Shown piece by piece: positions 1 to 8,363 of a stretch of DNA of 34,551 nt (positions are counted from its first letter, which is position 1; every line of letters begins with the position of its first letter). The stretch is from an uncultured Prevotellaceae bacterium (lineage in GTDB: Bacteria > Bacteroidota > Bacteroidia > Bacteroidales > Bacteroidaceae): contig CALZLQ010000001.1 in the NCBI GenBank assembly GCA_945788385.1, forward strand, positions 1-34,551. The letters are read 5' to 3'. The notes beneath the pieces are model-generated. The model was not told where the DNA came from, ran no database searches, and worked only from the letters and a program-made list of their open reading frames with translations. Position numbers and translations under genes: made by a program.

Positions 1-497
1 TCAATGCTCAGAAGATAGGCTGTCTCGGAGCGAGCTATGGTGGCTTTATGACGCAGTATCTCCAGACCAAGACTGACATCTTTGCTGCAGCGATGTCTCA
101 CGCCGGTATCAGCAATATCACGAGTTACTGGGGCGAAGGCTACTGGGGCTACACATACAATGCCTGCGCTGCGCCCAACTCCCACCCTTGGAGCAACCCT
201 CGCCTCTTCACCGAACACTCTCCTCTGTTTAATGCTGACAAAATCAACACTCCTATCCTCTTCATGCACGGCGGTGCTGACACCAATGTCCCTGTGGGTG
301 AATCTATACAGATGTTCAACGCTCTGAAGATTCTCGGCAAGGAGACGGCATTCGTCATGGTGGACGGACAGGACCATTATATCGGGGACCATCACAAACG
401 CATCGCATGGCACAACAGCATCATGGCTTGGTTCCAGCGTTGGCTGCAGGACGATGCGAGCTGGTGGAACGAACTCTACCCTGAGAAGAATTTCTAA
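1..497 (+). CDS. S9 family serine peptidase (prolyl oligopeptidase / dipeptidyl-peptidase type), C-terminal catalytic part; the 5' end lies outside the window
   Basis: Frame 3 is open from nt 3, upstream of the ATG listed at 48. The translation NAQKIGCLGASYGGFM carries the GxSxGG nucleophile elbow. HGGADTNVP (Asp) and GQDHYI (His) follow in the Ser-Asp-His order of S9 alpha/beta-hydrolase domains. Confidence 0.85.
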   Translation, partial: NAQKIGCLGASYGGFMTQYLQTKTDIFAAAMSHAGISNITSYWGEGYWGYTYNACAAPNSHPWSNPRLFTEHSPLFNADKINTPILFMHGGADTNVPVGESIQMFNALKILGKETAFVMVDGQDHYIGDHHKRIAWHNSIMAWFQRWLQDDASWWNELYPEKNF

Positions 498-506
498 TAT
501 CCTACA

Positions 507-3104
507 ATGATTTATCCTAACAATTTCGAACATAAGATTGCTTTTGACGACATTCGCGCCATTCTCAAGGAGTTGTGTCAGAGCGAACTCGGACGCGAGC
601 GTGTGGACCAGATCGAGATGATGACTGACGTCTCGCTCATACGCTTGCGTCAGCAGGAGACGCGCGAGCTGGCTCAGATTCTGACCGCGACTACCGAACT
701 GCCCGACATGTCGTTCTACGACTTGCGTCCGCAGATACAGCGTATCAGGCTCGAAGGGGCTCACATCGAGGAGGAAGACCTCGACAAACTCAGACGCTCG
801 CTCGACACTCTGCACGCATGGCTGCGGCTCGTGCGCTCACAGAAGGATTCTGACCCTTCGCCCCTGGCTCAGATGAGGTTTCAGAATACCGTGGGCGAAA
901 ACTTGCTCTACCCTGCTCTCAACCAGCTCTCGCTCGGCGTGTTTACGTTCATAGCTGTGGCTGCCTCTATCGACAAGACCATCGACAAGTATGGTCATAT
1001 ACGCGATGAGGCGAGCCCTGAGTTGGCTCGCATACGACATGAATTGCGTGCCAGCGAGGGTAGCGTCAACCGTACGCTCCACAGCATCCTGCGCACGGTC
1101 AAGAATGAGGGGCTCGTGGCTCAGGACGTCACTCCTACATTTCGTGAGGGACGTCTGGTGATTCCGGTCAGCCCTTCGCTCAAACGACGTCTCGGAGGCA
1201 TTGTGCATGACGAGTCTGCTACGGGCAAGACTGTCTACATCGAGCCGCAGGAGGTGGTCGAGGCCAACAACCGCATTCGCGAGCTTGAGAGTGAGGAACG
1301 GCGCGAGATTATCCAGATACTGAAGCATATCACTATGCTTATCCGCCCCAACGCAAAGGAAATGTTGCGGGCCTTCGACTTTCTTGCAGATTTGGAATAC
1401 GTACGCGCGCGTGTAGGCTTTGCCCAACGCATAGGTGGTGTGTGTCCGCTGGTGGCTGCCCACCCTGTCATTGACTGGACTTTGGCCCAGCACCCTCTGC
1501 TCAAGCTTTCGTTTGAGAAGCAGGGCAAGAAGGTGGTTCCCTTGGAGATTAAGCTGGACCGCAAGCAGCACATGCTCATCATCTCCGGCCCCAATGCGGG
1601 CGGAAAGAGTGTCTGCCTCAAGACTGTGGGGCTCATACAGTATATGCTGCAATGCGGACTGCCTGTCCCTGTGGGGGAGAACTCCAAGATGGGTGTATTC
1701 GACAAGATTGCCATCGACATCGGTGACGAGCAGAGTATAGAGGATGACCTTTCGACCTATTCGAGCCATCTGCTCAACATGAAGAACATGATGCGTATGG
1801 CTGACAACTCTACTCTCTTGCTCATCGATGAGTTTGGAGGTGGTACTGAGCCTAACATCGGAGGGGCCATAGCCGAAGCTATATTGAAGAGATTTGTCGA
1901 GAAGAAGGCTTTTGGTGTAATCACCACGCACTATCAGAATCTCAAGATGTTTGCCGACAATCATGAGGGTGTGGTCAATGGTGCCATGCTCTATGACCGA
2001 CAGCAGATGCAGGCTCTCTTCCAGTTGCAGACGGGCAACCCCGGGAGTTCGTTTGCCATCGAGATAGCGCGCAAGACGGGCATACCCGAGGATGTCATTG
2101 CCGACGCTACCGAGATTGTGGGCAAGGACTATGTCAATGCCGACAAGTATCTGCTCGACATCGTGCGCGACAAGCGTTACTGGGAGGGCAAACGCCAGAC
2201 TATACACAGTCAGGAGAAGCAGATGGAGCAGACTATCCAACGCTACGAGCGTGAGATTGTGATGCTCAAGGAGAAACGTCAGGAGATAATCAGCGAGGCT
2301 CGCTCACAGGCTGAGGAGATTATCCAGAACTCCAATGCCGTGGTCGAGAATGCCATTCGCGAGATTCGCGAATCGCAGGCTGAGCGTGAACGCGTGCGAG
2401 AGATTCGCGGCGAGCTCAATGAGTTTCGTCAGCAGCTCGACGAGCATACTACGAGTGAACACGATGAGATGATAGAGCGCAAGATGCGCCAGATACAGGA
2501 GCGACGCCAGCGTCAGCAGGATCGCAAGCGTGACAAGGCTGAGCAGGCTCTGCGCGAGCAGTCGCAGCAGCAGGCTCTCGGTGCATTGCTTGGCACGCTC
2601 GGCACTCAGCGTCAGCAGGAGACCTCGGCTATCTACCCAGGACAGGATGTCAAGATTGCGGGTACTACTGCTGTGGGCAGGGTGGAGAAGGTCAATGGGG
2701 CGCGTATCACCGTGATGTTCGGTCATGTGCGTAGTGTGGTCGACATAAAACGTCTTGTACCTGTGCGTGTGGAGCGTGTGGCCAAACCGCAGAACGAGGT
2801 GAATGTCACTTCGTTTGTCAGCCGTGAGACTCAAGACAAGATTCGCGAGACTCACCTCAACTTCAAGCAGGATATTGATATTCGCGGTATGCGCGGAGAT
2901 GAGGCGATAGAGACTATCACTCACTATATGGACGACGCTCTGCTCGTCGGCGCATCGCGAGTGAGGATACTGCATGGCACTGGCAACGGCATATTGCGCC
3001 AACTCGTTCGCCAATATCTCAACACTATACCTCACGTCAAGTCTGCACATGATGAGGATGTGCGTTTCGGCGGTGCCGGTATAACTGTGGTTGAAATCAA
3101 ATAA
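507..3104 (+). CDS. mutS2: Endonuclease MutS2 (MutS-family ATPase with C-terminal Smr domain)
   Basis: 865 aa. N-terminus MIYPNNFEHKIAFDDIR is typical of MutS2. Walker A GPNAGGKS and Walker B LLLIDEFGGGTEP are present. A long charged Q/R/E-rich coiled linker precedes a C-terminal Smr domain (DIRGMRGDEA ... LHGTGNGILR). Confidence 0.92.
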   Translation: MIYPNNFEHKIAFDDIRAILKELCQSELGRERVDQIEMMTDVSLIRLRQQETRELAQILTATTELPDMSFYDLRPQIQRIRLEGAHIEEEDLDKLRRSLDTLHAWLRLVRSQKDSDPSPLAQMRFQNTVGENLLYPALNQLSLGVFTFIAVAASIDKTIDKYGHIRDEASPELARIRHELRASEGSVNRTLHSILRTVKNEGLVAQDVTPTFREGRLVIPVSPSLKRRLGGIVHDESATGKTVYIEPQEVVEANNRIRELESEERREIIQILKHITMLIRPNAKEMLRAFDFLADLEYVRARVGFAQRIGGVCPLVAAHPVIDWTLAQHPLLKLSFEKQGKKVVPLEIKLDRKQHMLIISGPNAGGKSVCLKTVGLIQYMLQCGLPVPVGENSKMGVFDKIAIDIGDEQSIEDDLSTYSSHLLNMKNMMRMADNSTLLLIDEFGGGTEPNIGGAIAEAILKRFVEKKAFGVITTHYQNLKMFADNHEGVVNGAMLYDRQQMQALFQLQTGNPGSSFAIEIARKTGIPEDVIADATEIVGKDYVNADKYLLDIVRDKRYWEGKRQTIHSQEKQMEQTIQRYEREIVMLKEKRQEIISEARSQAEEIIQNSNAVVENAIREIRESQAERERVREIRGELNEFRQQLDEHTTSEHDEMIERKMRQIQERRQRQQDRKRDKAEQALREQSQQQALGALLGTLGTQRQQETSAIYPGQDVKIAGTTAVGRVEKVNGARITVMFGHVRSVVDIKRLVPVRVERVAKPQNEVNVTSFVSRETQDKIRETHLNFKQDIDIRGMRGDEAIETITHYMDDALLVGASRVRILHGTGNGILRQLVRQYLNTIPHVKSAHDEDVRFGGAGITVVEIK

Positions 3105-4107
3105 AATTCACCTCTGGGTGAAGTGTGATACCAAACCTCTGCTGCACATCATCTATGATGGAGTTGCAGAGGTTTACTATATCATGCCCTTTTGCCCCGC
3201 CGTTGTTGACGAGTACCAGAGCCTGATGGGGATGTACTCCTGCAGGACCGAGCGAACGGCCTTTCCAGCCACACTGCTCTATCATCCATGCTGCTGGTAT
3301 CTTGATGTGGTCCGAATCGACTTCGTAGTATGGCATAGCGGGATTTGCCGACAGTATGTGCTCAAAGTGTTCGCGCGGCACGATTGGATTCATAAAGAAA
3401 CTGCCTGCATTGCCTGTGACCTTGGGGTCAGGCAACTTGCGTGTACGTATGTCGACGATGATGTCGCGCAGTGCCTCTGCTGTCAGATTGGGGATTTGTG
3501 AGGCTGCACTCTTTAGTGGGCCGTACGAGAGCCTTGGTTCAAATGTTTTGCTCAGGCGATAGTCGACGTGTGTCACTATCATTCGTCCTCGCATATCGGG
3601 GGTCTTGAAGATACTGTGACGGTATGCGTAACCGCACTCTGCGTTGTCGTACGTATGCCCTACCCTGTCTTCTACTGCGATGCAATGTACTGCTGAGATA
3701 TGTTCGCAGACCTCCACTCCGTATGCTCCTATGTTTTGTACTGCGCTTGCCCCGACTTGTCCGGGTATGAGACTGAGGTTTTCAAGACCGTACCAGCCCT
3801 GTCTGATACAATGTTGTATAAACGTGTCCATATCCCAACCTGAGCCTACGCGCACCGTGATGTGCTTTTCGTCTTGGTCTACGACTTCGAGGGTCTTTAT
3901 CCTGCTCTTCAATATCGTGCCTTCGTACTTCTTGAGGAACAAGAGGTTGCTCCCGTCTCCAATGTGTAGCAAAGGGCGGGGGTATGCCGTGTCGCCCAGA
4001 ATATCTCCGAGCTCCTCAATGGTATCATACTCTACGAGGCACTCTGCCTCTTCGTCGATGCCGAATGTGTTGTAGGGCAGCAGCGAAATGTTTCTCAAGA
4101 CATTCAT
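3097..4107 (-). CDS. murB: UDP-N-acetylmuramate dehydrogenase (UDP-N-acetylenolpyruvoylglucosamine reductase)
   Basis: 336 aa. FAD-binding N-terminal region (LLPYNTFGI, GDGSNLLF). MurB-type C-terminal segment (NAGSFFMNP, PAAWMIEQCGWKG). Its stop overlaps the mutS2 stop region by 8 nt in convergent orientation. Confidence 0.92.
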   Translation of the reverse strand: MNVLRNISLLPYNTFGIDEEAECLVEYDTIEELGDILGDTAYPRPLLHIGDGSNLLFLKKYEGTILKSRIKTLEVVDQDEKHITVRVGSGWDMDTFIQHCIRQGWYGLENLSLIPGQVGASAVQNIGAYGVEVCEHISAVHCIAVEDRVGHTYDNAECGYAYRHSIFKTPDMRGRMIVTHVDYRLSKTFEPRLSYGPLKSAASQIPNLTAEALRDIIVDIRTRKLPDPKVTGNAGSFFMNPIVPREHFEHILSANPAMPYYEVDSDHIKIPAAWMIEQCGWKGRSLGPAGVHPHQALVLVNNGGAKGHDIVNLCNSIIDDVQQRFGITLHPEVNFI

Positions 4108-4108
4108 C

Positions 4109-4948
4109 TCAATTGTCGAATTGGGTTAGTTTCCAGTCTTTGCCGTGTTTCTCAAAAGTGAAGGTCTCACTCATCCCCTGCCCCATAGCCATCTTTTCGA
4201 GCATCATACGCCTTCGCCCGTCGTATATCTGACCATAGCGAATGTTGGATATTATTCCGCTGGGGAACTCGCCTATCACCGTAGGCCACTGCTCGCGGTC
4301 TATAAAGCCTTCGATACTTTGGTTTTCATCGTCAGGATCCATCATCGTCACTCTGATGCTTCGCGACATGGATTTGTATTGGAACACGCTGTCAGTAGTG
4401 AAGCGGGCATAAAACTGCAGAAAGTCACACATATCGCTCCCTGCAAAGCCGTACACTTCCTTGCTTGTCAGGCGCCACTTGCCTTTCTGCTTGTGAAACT
4501 TGAACGATGTAATCTCTTGCTCTCTGAGGTCTATGCGTTCTACCGAAGCTACGGAGAGCATGGTGTCTTCGTTGAGGCCCATCTCACTCTGACTGCTATA
4601 TAGATTGGTACAGTACTCGCCTGCCATGAACGAGAGGTCGCAATTCAAGCCTTGCTCCGTGCGAGTGTCCTGAATACGATGGCTGCGGACAAAGGTATAC
4701 AGAAAATCGTCAAACAATTCGTCGACTCGCTCCCCTCCCTCCTTGGGCATCAAGGGCAAGTCGGCAACGTCATCGCCCGAAAGACTGTCAGAGTCTACGT
4801 CCGTCACAATGAGCGGTTCGTCATCTCTGGGCTCTTTCTCTGTCTTCCCACCTGAACAAGCCACTGTCACAATCATTGCAACAAGCAGTCCTAAATTAAA
4901 GAACCTACGATTCCTTACGGGAAGTCGTTTTAAGATGCCACTAAGCAT
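4109..4948 (-). CDS. Uncharacterised lipoprotein (possibly the family annotated as DUF4348; recalled from memory, not verified)
   Basis: I start it at the internal ATG at 4948 (MLSGILKRL...), not at 5008. An exact TATCTTTG -7 box lies about 20 nt upstream at 4967-4974. Signal peptide with lipobox (LLVAMIVTVAC|SGG), then an acidic low-complexity linker and a roughly 200-aa globular part. The stop is 1 nt from the murB start. Confidence 0.7.
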   Translation of the reverse strand: MLSGILKRLPVRNRRFFNLGLLVAMIVTVACSGGKTEKEPRDDEPLIVTDVDSDSLSGDDVADLPLMPKEGGERVDELFDDFLYTFVRSHRIQDTRTEQGLNCDLSFMAGEYCTNLYSSQSEMGLNEDTMLSVASVERIDLREQEITSFKFHKQKGKWRLTSKEVYGFAGSDMCDFLQFYARFTTDSVFQYKSMSRSIRVTMMDPDDENQSIEGFIDREQWPTVIGEFPSGIISNIRYGQIYDGRRRMMLEKMAMGQGMSETFTFEKHGKDWKLTQFDN

Positions 4949-4966
4949 ATCTTCGCAATTTTTATG

Positions 4967-4974
4967 CAAAGATA
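4967..4974 (-). promoter_or_regulatory. Bacteroidota -7 promoter box TATCTTTG (TAnnTTTG) for the lipoprotein-murB unit
   Basis: Exact match to TAnnTTTG on the minus strand, about 20 nt upstream of the ATG at 4948. Confidence 0.55.
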
Positions 4975-5041
4975 CGACTATGCGAGGGGAAAAACAAATA
5001 AAAGCCAACTTTTAATACTAATTCCCTACAAATACCATCAA

Positions 5042-5081
5042 GCTGAGCCTGACAAACATCAAGGATGCCGCCAGACTCAGC
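5042..5081 (-). terminator. Possible terminator hairpin downstream of dfx
   Basis: Imperfect inverted repeat GCTGAGCCTG / CAGACTCAGC (9 of 10 bp) with a 20-nt loop, 24 nt past the dfx stop. No clear U-tract. Confidence 0.3.
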
Positions 5082-5104
5082 CTAATCAGCATAATTCTTA
5101 TGGT

Positions 5105-5485
5105 TTATGGCTTCAGTGTCCACAATCCATGCAGGTTGCAGTATGCACGCACCATGAGCGGCGTCTGCGAAGTTACGAAGAGGGCTTCGGGCTTATCTCC
5201 TGGGTGCAATTCGCGACGCAACACTTCTGTCTGTGTTTGCAGTTCTATCCACTGTATGTAGTGCTCGGCAAGCATGGGATGCTCGGCTGCACCGACTCTG
5301 ACAATGAAGCCACCTTCTGTCTGTTCGATGACAGGGACGTGTTTCTCGTGTGACGCATCTTGTGTATTGCCCTCAAGCAATGTCATTGGCTTAGCGCAAC
5401 ATACCATTGTGCCTGCTGCTGCATCCAATACTTCAACCATGTTTCCACATACGGAACAACGGTAAATTTCTCTTTTCTTAGTCAT
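5105..5485 (-). CDS. dfx: Desulfoferrodoxin (2Fe superoxide reductase)
   Basis: 126 aa from the ATG at 5485 (MTKKREIYRCSVCGNMVEV...). N-terminal desulforedoxin-like Cys4 site (CxxC ... CC). Centre II ligand motifs are present (HVPVIE, EHPM...H, CNLHGLW). Confidence 0.9.
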   Translation of the reverse strand: MTKKREIYRCSVCGNMVEVLDAAAGTMVCCAKPMTLLEGNTQDASHEKHVPVIEQTEGGFIVRVGAAEHPMLAEHYIQWIELQTQTEVLRRELHPGDKPEALFVTSQTPLMVRAYCNLHGLWTLKP

Positions 5486-5512
5486 AGTGTCTCCTTTCTT
5501 GATTAGTCGGTA

Positions 5513-5520
5513 CAAAGGTA
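5513..5520 (-). promoter_or_regulatory. -7 promoter box TACCTTTG for dfx
   Basis: Exact TAnnTTTG match on the minus strand, 28 nt upstream of the dfx ATG. A TTTG lies upstream, but only 14 nt away. Confidence 0.5.
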
Positions 5521-5662
5521 ATCATTTTTTATTTCAAACCAATATTCCGAGACAAGTTTAGATTATTTTAACTCAAATCACTCATTAGACTGTTATACGC
5601 CGACTCTCTTTCTGCTCGAAAATAAAAGCTTGCTCTCACCATAACGCTAATGAATGGTTTCC

Positions 5663-6421
5663 TTACCTTGTCATCCAGTATTTTCTTTCGATGGGAGACA
5701 TCTTTTCTATGGCATAGCGCAGGGTGGTACGGTGCATTTGGCTTACGTGGGTGGTGAGATAGGCTTGGAGGACAGACATATCGCGCTTGCCTACTTCTCT
5801 CAACATCCATCCTACGGCTTTGTGGATTAGGTCGTGGGGGTGTGACAACAGCATGGTGGAAATAGTCAAGGCGTCATCGTATTGATTGGCTCGGATGAGC
5901 ATCCAGCAGGTGACGATAGAGATGCGTTGCTCCCAAAGGTTTCTGCTTTGTGCGAGATGGTATAGGATTTGACGGTCGGGAGGGGTGCCGTCGGGGCTTG
6001 GGTATATCAGCCAGTTGCCTAAAATCTTGGGGCAACTCATGTCTACGAGGTCCCAGTTGTTGGCACAGCGAGTGTGACGAAGGTAGAAGTAGGCAATCTC
6101 TTGACGACGAGTGGCGCCTGTGGTGGGGGCTTGCCTGGACTTGGGTAGGGCAACGCGCATTTCCTCGACAAGGAGGAGGAAGCCGCAGAGTCTTACTTCG
6201 TGCCATGGGGAGTGAAGTAGGACGGCTATTTGGTCTAAGGTTACGTGATGACGGGCTTCCTTCACTACAAGGCGAATGTGAGGGACTTTGATACCGAGGA
6301 ACTGGTCGCCCTCGCCGTATTGCCCGGGGCTGGTCTTGAAGAAGCGCATGAGATGACGGGCTTGCTGCGGGTCACTCATGGATTGCATGGTGGCGATGAT
6401 GTCTGTGGCTTGTATTTGCAT
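5663..6421 (-). CDS. DNA alkylation repair protein (AlkD-like HEAT-repeat family)
   Basis: 252 aa from the ATG at 6421; the listed start at 6439 is a TTG. All-helical repeat protein with the AlkD-like pattern (FLGIKVP, ...NNWDLVD..., WEQRISIV, HDLIHKAVGWMLREVGK). Confidence 0.8.
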   Translation of the reverse strand: MQIQATDIIATMQSMSDPQQARHLMRFFKTSPGQYGEGDQFLGIKVPHIRLVVKEARHHVTLDQIAVLLHSPWHEVRLCGFLLLVEEMRVALPKSRQAPTTGATRRQEIAYFYLRHTRCANNWDLVDMSCPKILGNWLIYPSPDGTPPDRQILYHLAQSRNLWEQRISIVTCWMLIRANQYDDALTISTMLLSHPHDLIHKAVGWMLREVGKRDMSVLQAYLTTHVSQMHRTTLRYAIEKMSPIERKYWMTR

Positions 6422-6429
6422 AGTATTGT

Positions 6430-6493
6430 ATAACCCCAAACGGCTTGTCAGTGTGTCATGATGATGACGGTCTAACAGCCTATTTGGGGTTAT
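6430..6493 (-). terminator. Long three-tier hairpin after rnfA (probable rnf operon terminator or attenuator)
   Basis: Perfect 11-bp outer stem ATAACCCCAAA (6430-6440) / TTTGGGGTTAT (6483-6493). Inner GGCT-GT / AC-AGCC pairs and an apical GTCAT-GATG-ATGAC stem-loop (6455-6468). It begins 34 nt after the rnfA stop and ends 9 nt before the alkD-like ATG. Confidence 0.55.
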
Positions 6494-6526
6494 GTGTTGT
6501 ATTGGTATGCTTAATTTGTATGTCGT

Positions 6527-7147
6527 TTAGCCGAGGAAGGCTTTGGCCAGGCCTGCATCGACTCCGCTGAAGCCCATGAAGGCCATTGCGAGGAGACCTG
6601 CGGTGACGAGGGCTATGCCCATGCCTTGCATACCGCGCGGAATGTTCATCATGCTGAGGTGTTCGCGTATGCCTGCGAAGATGACCATGGCAAGTCCGAA
6701 GCCAAGGGCTGTGGATATGGCATAGACCACACCGGTGAGCATATTGGGCTCAAGCCCCTGTGTGTTGTAGGTACCCATGCCTACCTGTATGGCTACACCG
6801 AGGATACAGCAGTTGGTGGTGATAAGGGGCAGGAAGACTCCGAGTGACTGATAGAGTGAGGGGGAGAGCTTCTTGAGCACTATCTCTACCATCTGCACGA
6901 GGGCTGCAATGACGAGTATGAAGGCTATGGTCTGGAGATACTCGATATGTAGCGACTCAAGCAGATATACCTGTATGAGGTAGGTGACTATGGTTGCGAT
7001 GGTGAGCACAAAGGCTACCGCGGCTCCCATGCCGAGGGCTGTGTCTACCTTCTTGCTCACTCCGAGGAAGGGGCAGATGCCGAGAAACTGTGACAGCACT
7101 ACGTTGTTGACGAAGATTGCTGTGATGAATATCAATATGTATGCCAT
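6527..7147 (-). CDS. rnfA: Rnf electron transport complex subunit A
   Basis: 206-aa polytopic membrane protein. The conserved start MAYILIFITAIFVNNVVLSQFLGICPFLG is RnfA/NqrE-like. Last gene of a contiguous rnfBCDGEA array. Confidence 0.92.
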   Translation of the reverse strand: MAYILIFITAIFVNNVVLSQFLGICPFLGVSKKVDTALGMGAAVAFVLTIATIVTYLIQVYLLESLHIEYLQTIAFILVIAALVQMVEIVLKKLSPSLYQSLGVFLPLITTNCCILGVAIQVGMGTYNTQGLEPNMLTGVVYAISTALGFGLAMVIFAGIREHLSMMNIPRGMQGMGIALVTAGLLAMAFMGFSGVDAGLAKAFLG

Positions 7148-7151
7148 AATT

Positions 7152-7733
7152 CTATCCCTTTATTTTGTTGATGATTGCTATGAGGTAGCCGAGGGCAATG
7201 AAGGCTCCGGGAGCAAGGACGAAGACGAGGGCTCCGTATTGTTCGGGGAAAACACTGAAGTTGAAGATACAACCCGTACCGAGTATCTCGCGAACGGCTC
7301 CAAGCAGGGTAAGCCCAAGGGTGAAGCCCAATCCCATACCTATGCCGTCGCAGACTGAAGAGACGGGGCCATTCTTGGCTGCAAAGGCTTCCGCCCTGCC
7401 AAGGATGACGCAGTTGACCACGATGAGGGGGATAAAGAGGCCTAGGCTCTTGTCTACATCGGGGGCGTATGCCTTGATGAGCATCTGCAGGATTGTGACA
7501 AGCGATGCTATAACCACGATGAATGAGGGTATGCGCACCATGTCGGGTATGAGGTTCTTGATGAGCGAGATGATGAGGTTTGAGAATATGAGGACTGCCA
7601 TGGTGGCAAGCCCCATAGACATACCGTTGATGGCACTACTGGTAGTACCTAAGGTGGGACACATGCCGAGGAGGAGAACAAAGGTTGGGTTCTCCTTGAT
7701 GATACCGTTGAGTATTACTTTGAAATTGTTCAT
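7152..7733 (-). CDS. rnfE: Rnf electron transport complex subunit E
   Basis: 193-aa polytopic membrane protein. NPTFVLLLGMCPTLG motif is RnfE/NqrD-like. Position fits the rnf array. Confidence 0.92.
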   Translation of the reverse strand: MNNFKVILNGIIKENPTFVLLLGMCPTLGTTSSAINGMSMGLATMAVLIFSNLIISLIKNLIPDMVRIPSFIVVIASLVTILQMLIKAYAPDVDKSLGLFIPLIVVNCVILGRAEAFAAKNGPVSSVCDGIGMGLGFTLGLTLLGAVREILGTGCIFNFSVFPEQYGALVFVLAPGAFIALGYLIAIINKIKG

Positions 7734-7745
7734 CTTGCTTTCCTC

Positions 7746-8363
7746 CTAATTATGTTTTTTGTTTTCTTGCTGCGGACTCGCTCCTGACTGTGTGTCGATG
7801 TTGACGTCCAATTTGCGCCCGACGGCTTTGGAATAGGCTGCTGCCGCGTGGTTGACTGCGCGCAGGAATGAGCGCGAGGTGATGGTGCTGGCTGTTATGG
7901 CGTCTATCTCGCCTTTGTCTTTGGTGACAGCGAGCGGACCTGCACTCTTGCCTATGATGTCGCCTTTCTGCCCTTTCTGGAACCATGTTGAAGCTTTGGC
8001 TCCAAGGCCTGGGGTCTCATTACTCTGGAGTACGTTGTAGCCGAGTACATGGAAGTCTTGGTCGAGGCCTACCATGATGGTGAGTCCGCCTCCGAAACTG
8101 CCATTGGCAGGGTCTTCGGTCTTGACGGCTGCACCCTGCTCTGTAATGTATACCGTACAGCCGTCTACTTCTTCGGTTTTGACAACGACGGCATCGTCGC
8201 TGCAGAGTACGGCTTTGATGGCATTCTGCTCGTTTTTCTCTTGTATGGCTTTGATGGGACCGGCTGTGAGGTCATTCACGTATGCGAGAGCTGCTCCTGC
8301 TACTACACTGATGAGGGTGAGCACAATGGCCATATTGTACCATGTGGATTCTAACTTTTTCAT
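7746..8363 (-). CDS. rnfG: Rnf electron transport complex subunit G (FMN-binding)
   Basis: 205 aa. Single N-terminal TM helix. Flavinylation-type motif DAITASTITS in the C-terminal FMN_bind region. Its start overlaps the rnfD stop by 4 nt. Confidence 0.9.
   Translation of the reverse strand: MKKLESTWYNMAIVLTLISVVAGAALAYVNDLTAGPIKAIQEKNEQNAIKAVLCSDDAVVVKTEEVDGCTVYITEQGAAVKTEDPANGSFGGGLTIMVGLDQDFHVLGYNVLQSNETPGLGAKASTWFQKGQKGDIIGKSAGPLAVTKDKGEIDAITASTITSRSFLRAVNHAAAAYSKAVGRKLDVNIDTQSGASPQQENKKHN

Noticed and set aside
837-3050. Very long antisense ORFs inside mutS2 (467 aa at 837-2240 and 248 aa at 2304-3050, same frame), which might suggest an overlapping gene.
   Set aside because: Both are exactly codon-aligned with the mutS2 frame, so only sense codons TTA, CTA or TCA create antisense stops. 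Both ORFs are in fact bounded by sense TCA codons (837-839 and 2304-2306). mutS2 rarely uses those codons, so this is a shadow frame. The translation is low-complexity, with no motif, no promoter and no start context.
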